A stretch of DNA of 63,174 nt, filler included, from Octopus bimaculoides (GCF_001194135.2; 4 parts of 4 records of this genome joined end to end with filler, not necessarily neighbours in it); one strand, 5' to 3'. Positions 14,636-29,050 are shown, counted from the first letter of the whole stretch. A program made the numbers and translations. Notes: generated by a model from the letters alone, not told the origin.

Positions 14636-15672
14636 AGGTGGTGAGAGAAAAAACATGGACTTGAACTTGGTATTTCTTTATTAATAAATAAATTAAAGGC
14701 CATGTCCTTTTCTCTCGTTCTTTGTGTGCTGTTTATATTAGGATCAGGTCCTCCTCAGACCACGTAGGACCCCGTGGCACCTTAATGCAATTGACAACAA
14801 GAACCAACAGCCTGATTGCAGCCTTTCCTACTTCGGTTATGTAAGCGTGACTGATCAAGGGTTGCAGCCACGCTTTCTTTGGTTCGGTCCCACCTGCACA
14901 GCATTCCAGTTAAATGTTTTCTGCTTTAGCCATAGGTTGACTAATGCCTCATGAGTGAATTTGGTTGCTGGAAACTGTGTGAAGCCCTTTGTGTGTGTGT
15001 GTGTGTGTCTCTATGAGAGAGAGAGTAATGATGATGATGCTGGCGTTCAATCATTCAACAAAGCTGCTTCATTTGTTTATTCAACTGAATTACCTGCTCT
15101 TGAATTAACAATCAGCTGGTGAATGTTCCACAGGTATGTGGTGCACCCATGAAAATAATTCCAAAGCTGAATCAGCTGACTACAGAGTCTGCAAAGGCCG
15201 TATTCTTAAAATTACAAGTACAATCCTCATAACAGGCTTCTGTGTGCAATTTCTTATCAACCTGATTTCATTCACAAGTTCTGATCTGGGGTTGTTTGAA
15301 AATCACACTGGCCCCTGTTGCTATGCTGAGAGACTGCAACTAAAAAAAGAAAGCTTTTTTACCATCCAAACATTCTGCATCTGTAAACATGCATGCACGC
15401 ACGTACACACACACACACACACCCCTCTTTGTTCATTTATAATTTATGAGTCTCATCCATTAGGCCAAACTTTGGGACCCTAGATTCAAATGTTTTCTCA
15501 CTTCTATGGACTCCGATGCATTCCTTATAGATTGATATTTGTCAAACTGCTAAGTTAAAGTTTCTGATACAATATCAATGTTTATATAAATAAACATTAA
15601 TGCAGGCATGGTCACAGACGTACACACAAACATGCACTCGCATACACATACACGTAAACCTACATAGATATA

Positions 15673-15835
15673 CAGGAGTGGCTGTGTGGTAAGAAGCTTG
15701 CTTCCCAACCACATGGTTCTGGGTTCACTCCCACTGTGTGGCATCTTAAGCAAGTGGCTTCTATTATAGCCATGGGCTGACCAAAGCCTTGTGAGTGAAG
15801 TTGGTAGATGGAAACTGAAAGAAGCCTGTTGTGTG

Positions 15836-15876
<41 letters not shown>

Positions 15877-16096
15877 TTGTGTGCCTGAGTTTGTCCCCCA
15901 CACCATAGATTGACAACTGATGTTGGTGTGTTTGCGTCCCCATAACTTAGCGGTTCGGCTAAAGAGACTGATAGAATAAGTGCTAGGCTTACAAAGAACA
16001 AGTTCCTGGGGTTGATTTGTTTGACTAAAGGTGGTGCTCCAGCATGGCTGCAGTCAAATGGCTGAAACTAGTAAACGACTAAAAGAATAAAAGAAT
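15673..16096 (+). mobile_element. tRNA-derived SINE family A (CORE-like; resembles octopus OR/OK-type SINEs), full length
   Basis: A/B-box head (gctgtgtggt..gggttcactccc), central (TA/GT)n, conserved tail ending aaaagaataaaaga; many copies in the window. Confidence 0.85.
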
Positions 16097-16276
16097 ACAT
16101 ATAAGTTAGTAAATCTTCCATAGTTATTCTTGTCATTTTTATGGAATTCCATATAAAATTGTTGTGCTGTCATCTTGTGTTTTCCTCTTCACTTTTGTGT
16201 TCTGCATTATAATGAGGTGTAATGGTTCCTTGTTGTAAATGCATTTTGTAGACAAAAGGCTGTTTTGAATGAGTAT

Positions 16277-16320
<44 letters not shown>

Positions 16321-16476
16321 GGAGAGAGTCATAGACTTTTACAAGTGAAAAGGTGATATTGACTTTGAAGTTTGATAACGATGCACTCTAGCAAAAAGTA
16401 TTGAGCAACTCTTCAGTTTAATGTTAAATTATTTTTACATGTAGCCTGACTTCAAAACAAATGTTACTATATATAC

Positions 16477-16548
<72 letters not shown>

Positions 16549-16604
16549 ATATATACATATGCACAATAAATTGTCACTCAGAGGTATTACCAAACTGTAT
16601 CGAT

Positions 16605-16898
16605 TTATCATCATCATCTTTTAACATCCGCTTTCCATGCTGGCATGGGTTGGACGGTTTGACAGGGGACTGGCAAACCAGGAGGCTGCACCAAACTCCA
16701 TTCTGATCTGGCAAGGTTTCTACAGATGGATGCCCTTCCTCACACCAACCACTCCAAGAGTGTAGTGGGGGCTTTTTACATGCCACGGGCATGGGAGCCA
16801 GTTGGGTGGCACTGGCATCAGTCACGTTCAGATGGTGCTTTTTACGTGTTGCCAGTCAGGCGGCACTGGCATCAGCCACTGTTTAATGGTGCTCTTTA

Positions 16899-16900
<2 letters not shown>
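16605..16900 (-). mobile_element. 5'-truncated RTE 3' tail (or RTE-tailed SINE) ending in (GAT)n
   Basis: catcatcatc..ttaacatccgctttccatgctggcatgggttgg..ggatgcccttcct. Other copies at ~86-290, 7560-7740, 18845-19060, 42815-42950, 49528-49900, 52060-52290. Confidence 0.75.
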
Positions 16901-16946
<46 letters not shown>

Positions 16947-18309
16947 ATTTTTTTTGTGCACCAAATTCTGCTCAGAGGTTTTTTGTTCAACTCAAAGCTG
17001 TTGTAGATGACACTTCTCTCAACAGTGTTGCTGAGGAGCAAACTTCTTGACCACATCCGGTCAACATGTGCTTGTATGTGTCTGTCTGTCTGTGTATATG
17101 CAGGTTGATATGATTGACAGAAAGGAAATTTTGAGAGCAGTGCTCCAGTCTGACCAGAGCTAAATGGAGGAAACCATCTAAAGAACAGAATAAGTAATAA
17201 CAAAACTGTAAAGTGATGATTAAAAAAAAATGAAAAATAAAACAGAAATGCTTGTATTGAAAATTTCCAATAGTTCTTTTTTTTTTAATGGAGAGGGAAT
17301 AAATAAATAAAAACTGTTTCAAACCTTTGTATTGAACCTTTGAACTCTGTTTGTTTGCAAATTAACCTGCCAAAGTGAAGAAATGTTGCAACATATTTCA
17401 GATTTTTGTGACCAAACTGCTTGGATTGAAATGTTTAGATATTTATTATTGTTGTTGTTGTTCTTCTTCTTATTATTATTATGTTAGAAACAATTACTTT
17501 TTGTCATCATCATAACCAGCATCATCATCATAACCATCATCATCTCATCGTTATTTTTATTCCTGATTAAAAAGTAATCACTTTCAGACACTGACTTCTC
17601 ACCTGTTTTTATTTATTTTTTTTTACTTTTTTTGCTTCCTTTTATTTTACTTTTTACCCTTGAGATTTGCAACTAAGTAAATTATTATTATTATTATTTT
17701 CATTATATTTTTATTTAATGATTATTATTTTTTTTTTTGCTTTTGTAATTCCATTATCTTAATCAATTATGTTGACTACTGGGTATTGTTTCGCATCATA
17801 TTTTATTTTTTTACTTTATTTTTCATTTCAATTTCTTTCTTTTTTCCTTATAATTTTCTGTCTTTTTTTTTTTTTCTTGGTCCACTGACATTACCAGGAA
17901 ATGTTTCAGTTTTGATCTGTATGAAAAATCTAGTCTTTGTCTTTCATTAGACATGACAGAATGTGTCTGTCCAACTTGTGTTTAAGATTTATATATTTAT
18001 TTATATAATCATATATATATGTATGTATACTTATGTGTGTGTACATATATGTATATAATTATATGTACATATGTGTGTGTATGTATACATATATGTGTGT
18101 GTGTGTGTGTATGTATGTGTGTGTGTATGTATGTGTGTGCATTATATTTTATTAATTTCTGTTATAATTATTGCATCTGTTTTACTTTATAGTTTTTTAT
18201 TTTTTTTATTTTGTCTCTTCATTTTCTGAAAGGTTTTCATTAGTAAAATAATAATAATAATGATAATAATAATAACAGTATTAATAAAATAGTAATAATT
18301 ATAATATAG

Positions 18310-18600
18310 AACTAGACAGAACATACTATGGAAGCTAGGAGAGCAGATATGATTGTAGAGGACCAAAAATACAGTATAATATCATAGACTTTGCAATTCT
18401 GTATGATAACAGAGCGAATGCCACAGAAAATGAGGAATACCAAGATGTCGATTGACAGATGAAGAGATTGTGCAAGAGTAAGATAACAATTATTCCTGTG
18501 ATAATTGGTGCACAGCATGAGAACTTCAATCTAAAACTCTGAAAAAGTGCCCTCTTGTATTCTACAAAGATCATAGAAAGATTATTGAAACTCTTCTTCA
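18310..18600 (+). mobile_element. Decayed R4/Dong-like REL endonuclease fragment
   Basis: EARRADMIV..IIDFAILYD..IIPVIIGA..KSALLYSTKIIERLL in shifting frames. Confidence 0.6.
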
Positions 18601-19544
18601 AAACACCATCCCTACTCACTGATATAGCATGTAATAGTTTTATCATAACGATAATAATCCTTTCCAATATAGGCACAAGGCCTGAAATTTGGGAGAGGGG
18701 TATAATAGATTACATCAACCCCAGTGCACAACTGGTACCTGTTCTATCGATCCAGAAGGATGAAAGGCAAATCAGCCTCAGTGGAATTTGAACTCAGAAC
18801 ATAAGGACAGACGAAATGTCACAAAACATTTAATAATAATAATAATCATCATCATCATCATCGTTTAACGTCCGTTTTCCATGCTGGCACGGGTTGGACG
18901 GTTTGAGTGGGGACTGGCAAACCCGGAGGCCTCATCAGGCTCCAATCTGATCTGGCAGTATTTTTACAGCTGGATGCCCTTTCTAACACCAAACCACTCT
19001 GAGTGTGTAGTGGGTGCTTTTTATGTGTCACCGACATGGGAGCCAGTCAGGCGGCACAATGATTTCTTGATTAACCACAAAGTATCTACAAAAGATCGAG
19101 GACATTAGAGGACAATGCAATGTGGAACTACATGAAAGAGCAGGTAAACAGAAAAAATAAGGGTAACAATTTAAGCATTGAATAATTCCACTTCAGAGGG
19201 AGACTTCCAAGAGCTGCTCATAACCCCACCTCAAACCCACACACTCACACTTCCCCTGACCATTAAGACTTCTCTCTTTTGTTCTCCTTCAATCTACAAC
19301 TGCTTGTTCAGAGTTGGTTCACTCACGTGGGCCGTGTTTACCACTCACATCCATCTTTAATCAAATGAGTGGGGGAGACAGTACTTCTGTCTTTATCTTC
19401 ACTTTCCTTTAGATGTGGAAATAGAGATGACCATGTCTGCTCTGTTAGGTCCCAGGGTTAGACAACAGCACAAGAGCCTTGCTGCAGATTTGAACCTGTG
19501 GCAGGTTAGCAGTCGAATGGCAGACATATCCTTATTTTCTACTC

Positions 19545-19665
19545 CTCTACTTGGTGCCATATTGTGGCACTGTGTGACACTTTGTGCAATTGTCTTCTGG
19601 TATAACCCTGGGCTAAACAAAACCTTGTAAGTAAGTTTCATTGATGAAAACTGAAAGAAGCTTAT

Positions 19666-19733
<68 letters not shown>

Positions 19734-19930
19734 TCCCCACCACAGCTTGATAACTGGTGTTGGTTTGTTTACATCCCTATAACTTAGCAGTTCAGCATAA
19801 GAGACTGATAGAATAAGTACCAGAGTTTAAAAAATGAATAGTGAGTCTAATGGTTCAAGTAAAACCTTTGAGGCAATTGCCCCAGCATGGCCACAGTCCA
19901 ATGACTGAAACAAGTAAAAGAATAAAAGAT
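19545..19930 (+). mobile_element. SINE family A, diverged
   Basis: Partial head, (GT)n and tail. Further partial copies at ~345-530(-), 1370-1540, 7140-7330, 24522-24760, 25365-25500, 42065-42215, 49298-49480, 51300-51540, 51820-51960, 52725-52890. Confidence 0.75.
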
Positions 19931-20176
19931 ACAAAGAATTCTGGAAAACCCCCCCCAGAAAAAATAGTAATTATAGACATTTTATTTGTTTTCAGTGTGT
20001 GTATAAGTGTTGTCCACCTGTATGTCAACAATTTCCTTAGTTGTCCCAGATGAGAATATAAATGTCGAGTGTTATTATTTGCAGCATAGCAATAACAGGT
20101 TGTTTGAGGGGAGGGGTACAAATAAATATATTAAGACACACACGAAATACATGATTTAGTCAGTTACAAAAGCAAA

Positions 20177-20229
<53 letters not shown>

Positions 20230-21321
20230 TGTGTGTGTGTACCCATGCACTAATGTAAGGATTCAATTACTCTGTGTAAATCTGAAGTATTTAACATATC
20301 TGAAATGATTCATTCATAAACTTCTGGTAATCAGAAGCAGAAAATGCTGACAAAAGAGCATCCAGCTGTCATCACCAGCAATGCATTTCATTAATTCCTG
20401 AAATAAAGAAACATTTTGAAATTACAATATGTAGACATGTTGCTTTCAGAATACAAAAGAATGTTTGCCTCCACCAATAACGAAAAGAAAATGAAATGAA
20501 ATGAATACCCCACTCCCAATACAAAGGAATGAAATAACGACAATGATAATAATAATAATCATAACAATAATAATGCTGATGATAATAATAATAGTAAAAA
20601 TCAATTTAAATAGAAATGGAAAAAGAAAGTTTGTAGAATAAAAAAAAATTTTTTAAATTCAGAAAAAAGCAAGCAGAAGAGAGCTGTTTAATTGTGACAT
20701 AAAGTGCAAATGATTGTAATCATGTTTATACATGAATGAGTTTGGTTTTGTGATGGTGGTGGAGGTGGCGGGGAGGCGGGGGCGTTCGAGGTGTGTGTGG
20801 TGGGGGAGGTTAACAAAAGAAAACTATTTTCAAGCATTCCACTCACATTTTTTATTAAAATGTGTTTACAATGAAATCTCTTTTTGGTGGGCATGAAAGG
20901 TTGGAGGGGTGGTGGGTGGTGTGGGAGCAAGTGCAAAAAGGGTGCTTGGTGGAGGGATGGGGGCGTTGTAAAAAAAGTATATATTACTTGATTGTGTGAG
21001 GATATGAATGAAAAATATGCATGGATGTATTTTTTATGTAAACATGTATCTGTTTGTGTTTATACACAAACCGAAACACACATTTGTGTGTGGTGTATAT
21101 ATATATACATATATACATACACACACATACATATATAATAGGTACAAATATAGCTGTATGAGTACAGAGTTCACTTCTCAACCGCAAGGTCAATGTGTTG
21201 GGCCCATTGTAGAAAACTGATTTAGCAATCCATACTATAGTCACTGGTTGACCAATAGCTTGTTAGTCAAACTGGTTTGACAGAAACTGAAGAAGCATGT
21301 CTCACACACACACACACACAC

Positions 21322-21830
21322 ACCTCTCTCAGAATGAAACACAGACTGTATGATGCTTGTATGCAAACGGCTACAGAACAGAGAAACATGAGCTTTGGCT
21401 GCCAAGGATATGCAGAGGCTGAAAAGAAACGAAGCCAGTGTGCTTTGCTGGGTGTGCGTGTGTGACAAAGTGTAAGCATCTTGAGAGAAAAGTTGGGCAA
21501 AAGAGGCATCAGATGTGGTGTGCAAGTGAGACAACTGCACTGGTATGGTCATGTGATGTGTATGGATGAGGACAGCTGTGTAAAGAATTGCTGATCGGTA
21601 ACTGTGGAGGGAAATTGTGGAAGAGGGAGACCCAGGAAGACATGGGACGAGATGGTGAAGCATGATCTTTGAATGTTGGGCCTCACAGAGGCAATGACCA
21701 GTGACTGAGAAATTTGGCAATACACTATACTTGAGAAGACTTGTCAAGTTGAGTGAAATGATAGTTGTGGCCAATGCTGGTGTCACGTAACTTGCACATA
21801 TGTTCCTAGTAGCTAATGAGTTGGTCCCTG
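21322..21830 (+). mobile_element. RTE-clade LINE 3' fragment
   Basis: LRMKHRLYDACMQTA..REKLGKRGIRCGVQ..LHWYGHVMCMDEDSCVK..GRGRPRKTWDEMVKHDL. Confidence 0.85.
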
Positions 21831-21892
21831 GCACCCAGCATGGCTTCCACTCTGGAAGAAGCTGTCTTACAAAGCTTTTGCAGCATTATGAC

Positions 21893-22128
21893 TGAGTGTT
21901 GAAACAACTAATAAATCTCTCAAACATGGATGTGAAATATATTTACTTTGCAAAGGCCTTTGATAAGGTTGAACATGTCTTAGGGCCACTGCTGTTTATG
22001 ACAGCTCTTTCAGACATGCCATCAGTTACACAGACAGCCATACTTATAAGCTATGTCAACTACACAAAAGTAGTACAAGCAGTCAAGGAATCTCTCAATG
22101 CTAGTCTTCTACAGAAAGACCAAGATGC

Positions 22129-22173
<45 letters not shown>

Positions 22174-22712
22174 GAAAATGAAAAAAAGGCAGAATTCTCC
22201 TTGTTGATTCTTTTCATAGAGAAATTCCAACCATTTCTTAACACACATACCCCTCAGTGACCTTATTTCTCTAGGAACAGACATAAACGTCCTGTTGAAA
22301 AAGAGTTCATAACTCCAACTAAAAAACATTTGTCACCCTCTACATACACTTCCTGTTTTGACACCACACTTCCTGCTTAACACAAACTTTAAACTCTTTT
22401 TTTAAACCTAACACAACTGTCAACTCTCATGCATCCTTATTTTTCCAACCATTATCTACATGAATTACCATTGAACTTCAAAAGCTCAAAGACAATATAA
22501 TGTATTGGTATATTTATTTTTTTATATATTATTTTCTTCATTTTGTACTTCTTTGTAAAAGACATTTTCATTCTCCTTCTTGATAATTTGCTTCTCAATG
22601 AAAACCGGTTAGAAATCTTTATTAAAATATGCTTCCAGTTTAGCATTCTGCCTTTTTTTCATTTTCCTATTATTTCTCCACGTGCGGTTAACACAACCCC
22701 ACTATTTACTGA

Positions 22713-22755
<43 letters not shown>

Positions 22756-23400
22756 GCTGAAGAAAACAACATGCAATTTAATGCATGGAAATTCTCTCTG
22801 CTTTCAGCTAACCTGTTCTACCGTACTGTAACAAATATACTTTGGACTAAAAGGAGTGACAGCCCTGAAGTGAAGTATAGTGTATGACCTGGAAATTGAT
22901 ATAAGCAGCAAACCTAATTTCATCTGCATATCATCAAGATAGTGGCAATGTGCAGGTGGATGGCCAGACGGATTCTGAGAACTTTCAGAACAAGGGGTCA
23001 GTAAACTATGCTGGTTCTATGGAGGACGTTTGCTGTTGGCCATTTGCACAAATACTCTGAACTGTGGTCACCCCATAGTATCAAATTTAGTAGTGGAACT
23101 TGAGGCAGTTCAGTGGTGGAACAGCTGAGTTACTGGGAGAGACTGAAAGAGCTACAATTCTACTCCCTGGAGTGAAAATGGGAGAGATATGCAGTGATAT
23201 ACAAATGGAAGATCCTGGAGGGGTTGGCACCAACTTTGGCATTGAGAGCTATACTAACCTCGAAACTGGACATTACTACATAGTTACAAGTGAGTGGACA
23301 AATGAAAGAAGTAGGCACCCAACACATTATTTAAAACAGTTTGCTTCAGCTCCATGCAACTTAAAATTTCATCGGTTCGTTAGATAAATTCATCTCATCA
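21893..23400 (+). mobile_element. CR1/L2-like LINE RT and 3' region, internally deleted and interrupted at 22129-22752
   Basis: YFAKAFDKVEH / VLGPLLF..DMPSV..QKDQDAIY | WAEENNMQFN ... NFGIESYTN. Confidence 0.85.
22171..22714. mobile_element. (TA)n-flanked element with 25-bp perfect inverted repeat and decayed hammerhead-like motif; possible Penelope-like fragment
   Basis: Inserted in the DAIY/WAEE codons of the LINE; IR taggaaaatgaaaaaaaggcagaat at 22171-22195 and 22645-22669; cttgataa...gaaaaccggtta at 22579-22611. Confidence 0.5.
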
Positions 23401-25512
23401 AGCTTGTTGAGACTAATAACACACACATGCATGTGCACACACCCACACTTGCACAAATGTGTGCACACACACACACACAGGATAGACAGATAGAGAGTGA
23501 GAACAAATGCTCTTTTAGTAATTCTTTTGCAACATTAGCTTCGAAGCTGTTCGTCACTTCCTAAGCATTTTCAGCTTTACCTGATGTTCCTACCTTGAGC
23601 AATTTCTTTCTTCTTTTCCTGAATTTACCTTCATCCTCATTAACTATGCCATATTGATTTTCTTTCATTCTTTATTTCATTTATTCTTTTCTTTCTTTCA
23701 TTTATTTGTTGTCAACTCTAAAGAAATAGCTTGTTTTATTCATTTATTGTTTTAAAATGTTTCTGTTGTGTTTTTATTTTCTCTAAATCCTTAACTAACT
23801 TGTAAGTCTTCCGTTATTATCTGCCAGCTACTTTCAGAATAATTATTCTATCATTAGTACTCAAGTGAATTTATTAAAGCTTTCCTGGTGGATGAGTTTC
23901 GTTTGTCTTTCCTTTAACCTTCAGAGTTTCATAATCTTCTTTTGCTGTTATACTAACATCATCTTTGTGTATATTCATTTGCAAATGATGGAAGGATGCT
24001 GAATTTCTTAAGACAAAAAAAAAAAAAGAAAAAAATTAATTTTCGCATCATTGCATATGTTTCTTTTTTTTTTACCTTACCTCAGGTAACACCTTCGTTG
24101 AGTAGTCTAGAGGAATCACCATCATTATCATCATCATTGCCATCACCACATCTCTCACCACCACCACCACTTTACATCAGCTTTTCCCACGTCCACCATG
24201 GTTCAATTCATTTCTTAGAGAGTCCCCATTCTCATAGACTCGTGCTCCTACGTTTCCTATCACCAACCTCTTCACATGGTGTTCCTGAGTGATTTAAATC
24301 GATCAGTCCTTGATGAGACTGAACTAAAGACACCTCCCTACTCGACCCCTTTTCAGCTCATTTGCCAGCCCTTTCATAATATGGACGTGGGTGCATTTTT
24401 CTTGCTTCATGGCATCAGCACTACAAATGTTATCTCATTTCTCGCTGAGGCACAGAAGGTGCATGTTGGGTTCTCACTCAATGCCACCGACACACATGAG
24501 TTGCAGTGCCTTGTACACAATAGGCATGGCTGAGTGGTCAGAACCTTGTTTCTGACTACACGGTTCCAGGTTCAGTCCCACTGTGTGGCACCTTGGGCAA
24601 GAGTCTTCCACTATAGCCCCAGGCTGACTAAAGCTTTGTGAATGGATTTGGTTGACAGAAACTGAAAGAAGCCTGTCATATATCTATGTATGTATATACA
24701 TGTGTGTTTGTGTCTTTGGGTCTATGTTTGTTCCCCACCGCCACTTGACAACTGGCTCCCTTAGCTTTTTTTTCCTTTCATAGGGCTCAATTAAAGAAAC
24801 ATCTGTCATGCAGTGAAGCTGTTTTAATTGTCTAATTCTCTCTCCAGCAAATGCTTTGGTTGTCTGCTAATTTTAGAAATCATCACAGCCACCACCACCA
24901 CCACCATCATCATCAGCAATATTATCAAAAGATGTGCATAACACAGTTTTTGTTGGGTTTATTTCTTTAATCATCTCCCTGTCACATATTGTTGGATGAA
25001 ATCTGAATTTCATGCAGCTAATGTGTCCCCAATTGAGTTAGTTTGGCCTTGTCTTGTCCAAAGAGAGATGGAGACCATAGAAAGCATTGTTACCTTGGTA
25101 ACATAATTACTGCCAGAGGTAGAATTTATTGATTATATGAGGACTTTGTTGAAAGTGCATATACATGTGTGTGTATGTGAAGAGAAGGCCAAAGAACTGA
25201 TTACTTGTGTTGACAGGAGAGGATTTTTCTCACTTTGTTCTCAAGACATTTCTTATGAAGTACTTGTATCAAGACTGATCCTATCTTGCTGCAGGAGAAG
25301 TGAGTGGAATGGTAAAAGTTAGACAAAGATCATTTTGGTATTCCCATAGCAAAGGAGTTTATTTCACAGCCATGTGATGTCAGGTTCAATTCCACTGCTT
25401 GGCACCTTCACCAATTGTCTTCATTGGTTAGTCTTGGACTGACCAATGATTTGTGAGTGCTCTAGGGAGGAAGAAACTGAAAAAGCTCCTTGTATACTCA
25501 CATAGATGTGCG

Positions 25513-25594
<82 letters not shown>

Positions 25595-26934
25595 CACACA
25601 CACACGTAGGTACATACATACATACTTACATGTGTGTGTGTGTATCAGTTTGTATTGACATTGCACTCAAATTGTAAACAGAATTCACCCCAATACAAGA
25701 GGTGTTGTTCTCTTCCAGTCCTTCATAAAAACATGTCTACCAATTGTGCTGTTTGTGTATTAAAGAATTTGGTGAAATATTACTTTGCTTGGAAACATGT
25801 AAGGGTTGGTGATGAAATATTCAGCCATAAAAAATCTACCTCAGCGAATTTCATTCTTGGCAATTTCCCCATCACCAGACATATTGCAACACCTGTCCTC
25901 TCCGTTAGATTGCTTACATGTTACAACTCTGTCTCTTTATACTTTGTCCTTCCATATCTTGAAATTGTCTGTCAAGCTTCCTCTTTTCCTGTTTCTTCTT
26001 CTTTACCCACCACAATTTCTTAAAGAATGATCTTCACAAATCATTGAAGCTTGTCATGTGGCCATCCCCTCTCAGCATCCTATTCTTCATCATTGGTCCA
26101 GTGTTACATGCTTTAACAAAGCTGCTTGTCTGCAATGTGCAGATTTCTATGTAAGTGTGCATGCATGCATGCATGTGCTTTTAATGGAAACCTTCAAAGT
26201 CAACCTTTGTGGATTGCAACTATATTATCCAGTAGGGTGTGATTTGAGGGAGATTTTGTTGTTATTTCTTGCTTGTCAAACAACAGTGCAGAAGCACCCC
26301 CATTGGCTCAGCCTATGTTGCTAGTTTACTCTCATTAGTGATAAAAGTATTTGGAATATTATTCTTATTACTTGTTCAGTTAATTAAGATGAATATGGAG
26401 CTCGTTACATTCTGAACATAATTAAAAAACTAAAATCTAGAAATAACTATATTTACATATATGTATGAGTGAGTAATTAAGTAAATTTATAGGAACATTG
26501 TGTCTGAGTATCATCACCACCATCATCATTATCATTGTCATCATCATCGTTAACCATTTTATGCATCTCTTTTCTTGCTGGTTGTGTGATTAATGTTGGT
26601 GTTTAGTTTTTTTACAAATATATTCATATGAAAACATTTGTGTATGTATAAATGATATATGTGTGTGTATATAATTGTACATTTCCATTTGTATGTGTCA
26701 TCTTCATCATCTTTGTTATTTTACATCCATTTTCCTTCCTGGCATGGTCTATGCCTATATACATGCATGTTTATGTGTTTGAATATGTCTTGCTCTGAGC
26801 GTGTAGCTTTATTCAAAAGTTACAATGATTCAAAAGTGCATTGTGACCAGCGATGTATAACAATATCCGATAGTCTGCTCAATCATGTGATGTGTGTATA
26901 TATATATATATATATATAGTGAATTTGTGTGTGT

Positions 26935-27400
26935 GCCTCACCAAGGCAATGACTAGTGGCTGAGACCTTTGGAAATGTGCTGTGCTTGAGAAGACCCAGC
27001 AAGCCAAGTGAGACCCTAACCCGTGGCCTATGCCAGTGGTGTAACCAGCTCACTTAGGCGTACCTTTCCTTCATTGGACACTAAACTCTGCTTTGTGAAA
27101 ACCTGTTGAGGCAAATAAAATCGAAATCAAATTCGATGACAGCACTGCATGACTGGCGTCCATGCTAGTGGAGCGCTAAGAGCACCATCCAAGCGTGATT
27201 GTTGCCAGGGCTGCTGACTGGCCCCCGTGCACCATCCAAGCATGATAGTTACCAGTGTCACCTCACTGGCACTTGTGCTGGTGGTACGTGAGAAACACCA
27301 TTTGAGTGTGGCCGTTGCCAGTACCGCCTGACTGGCCCTCATGGACACCAGTAGCATGACCAAGTAACTTGTGACACAAAGACTCCTCTGCTTTTCAAAA
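26935..27400 (+). mobile_element. RTE LINE extreme 3' end and 3' UTR with internal minisatellite
   Basis: AMTS..LWKCAVLEKTQQAK* followed by repeated gttgccag..ctgactggcc / caccatccaagc units. Confidence 0.7.
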
Positions 27401-27469
27401 GGAGCAGAATTGAAGGACGTGCACCAGGGGTGAGTTTAGAGTATAACTGAGGGATAGAGAGACAGGGTG

Positions 27470-27506
<37 letters not shown>

Positions 27507-27539
27507 AATAGTGTTGGAAATGCATTGGGAGACACCTAC

Positions 27540-27566
27540 AAGATATATACATACATATACATATAC

Positions 27567-27607
<41 letters not shown>

Positions 27608-27646
27608 CATATATATACATATATATATATATATACATATATATAC

Positions 27647-27678
<32 letters not shown>

Positions 27679-27782
27679 GTATATATANNNNNNNNNNNNN
27701 NNNNNNNNNNNNNNNNNNNNNNNNNNNNNNNNNNNNNNNNNNNNNNNNNNNNNNNNNNNNNNNNNNNNNNNNNNNNNNNNNN

Positions 27783-27859
<77 letters not shown>

Positions 27860-27860
27860 C
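27540..27860. repeat. (TA)n/(TACA)n microsatellite field with gap; representative of dozens of TA, CA, GA, TACA tracts
   Basis: Read directly; these tracts generate most YIYI/CVCV/SLSL ORFs in the track. Confidence 0.95.
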
Positions 27861-28058
27861 CTTTTATGTATGTGGACCTGTGTATGTATGTGTGACACAT
27901 AGAAAAGTGGATACATCAAAATGATGATTATACATACACACACACACATACATGCACACACACACACACACACACATACATATCTTTGTATCTTTTTTTA
28001 GAAACCAGCTCCTTCTCTGGAGGAAGAATTTAAACGATTAGAAACAGAAGAGAAACAT

Positions 28059-28102
<44 letters not shown>

Positions 28103-28682
28103 ATGCATGTGTGAGTTGGCATGTAGGTATATAAATTCAAATATTTGTTTATTTACATAAGTATACACCTGTGTGTGATTGTATGTGAGTGTACATGAAA
28201 GTATGTATGCATGTGTGTGTGTGTAGATATGTGTGTGTGTGTGTGTTCAGAGGTGTACTTGATAGACAAGTGATTTGATCTGAAACCATGTATATATATG
28301 GATATGTAGAGATGTGGATGTAAAAATATACATTTGTCAGTATATAATTTTCAAACGTGCATTCATGATTTCTCACACACACACATATATAAACGTGTGT
28401 GTGGAGTTATGCAGGAAAATGAACCTGCTCCTCTTTATGGTCATTTAAATATCAAACTAATTGCCTGTGTAATGTCCCAGTATCAATGACTAAATTGAAT
28501 ATGAATTATAGATGTTATGGGAATGCTCAAGGAAATATTCTAAGCTTGCATTCTCACATCTGACTGTATAGAATAGCGACTGAATACCATGGATGCATGT
28601 AGGTACCCTCACACATGCACATACACACACAAGCTCGTGTTTAGAATTTGCTGCTCTGTAACTGTGCAGAGACCCATTACAT

Positions 28683-28715
<33 letters not shown>

Positions 28716-28734
28716 AGTAATAATTTTATACTCA

Positions 28735-29050
28735 GGTATGCACCTTGTAGTAACTTTGATAGGTTTCGGCCAGTATAGGCGGATAACACAGGGGCCAAGT
28801 CTTGGATGGATTTTAAAATTGATGCCAACATCATTCGTGCAGTATTGATGGAATATTTTACACATCACACAAATAATGTAGCACTCCTGGTGGCGTTGGA
28901 GAGAGCAGAGGTTGATTTTTTTTTAGTTGACCCCAATAGTCAATGCCTCTCATGCCGTCTGTTTTTCTTGTTATGGACTTCTGGAGTGCTTCTGCTTTCA
29001 TAATGAGTTGCTTTGTATCCGGGGACCATGGTGGGCAAGAGTATTTGAGG
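28735..29050 (-). mobile_element. CR1/L2-like LINE 3' fragment (same type as 23000-23400)
   Basis: WSPDTKQLIMKAEALQKSITRKTDGMRGIDYWGQLKK..CKIFHQYCTNDVGINFKIHPRLG. Confidence 0.75.
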
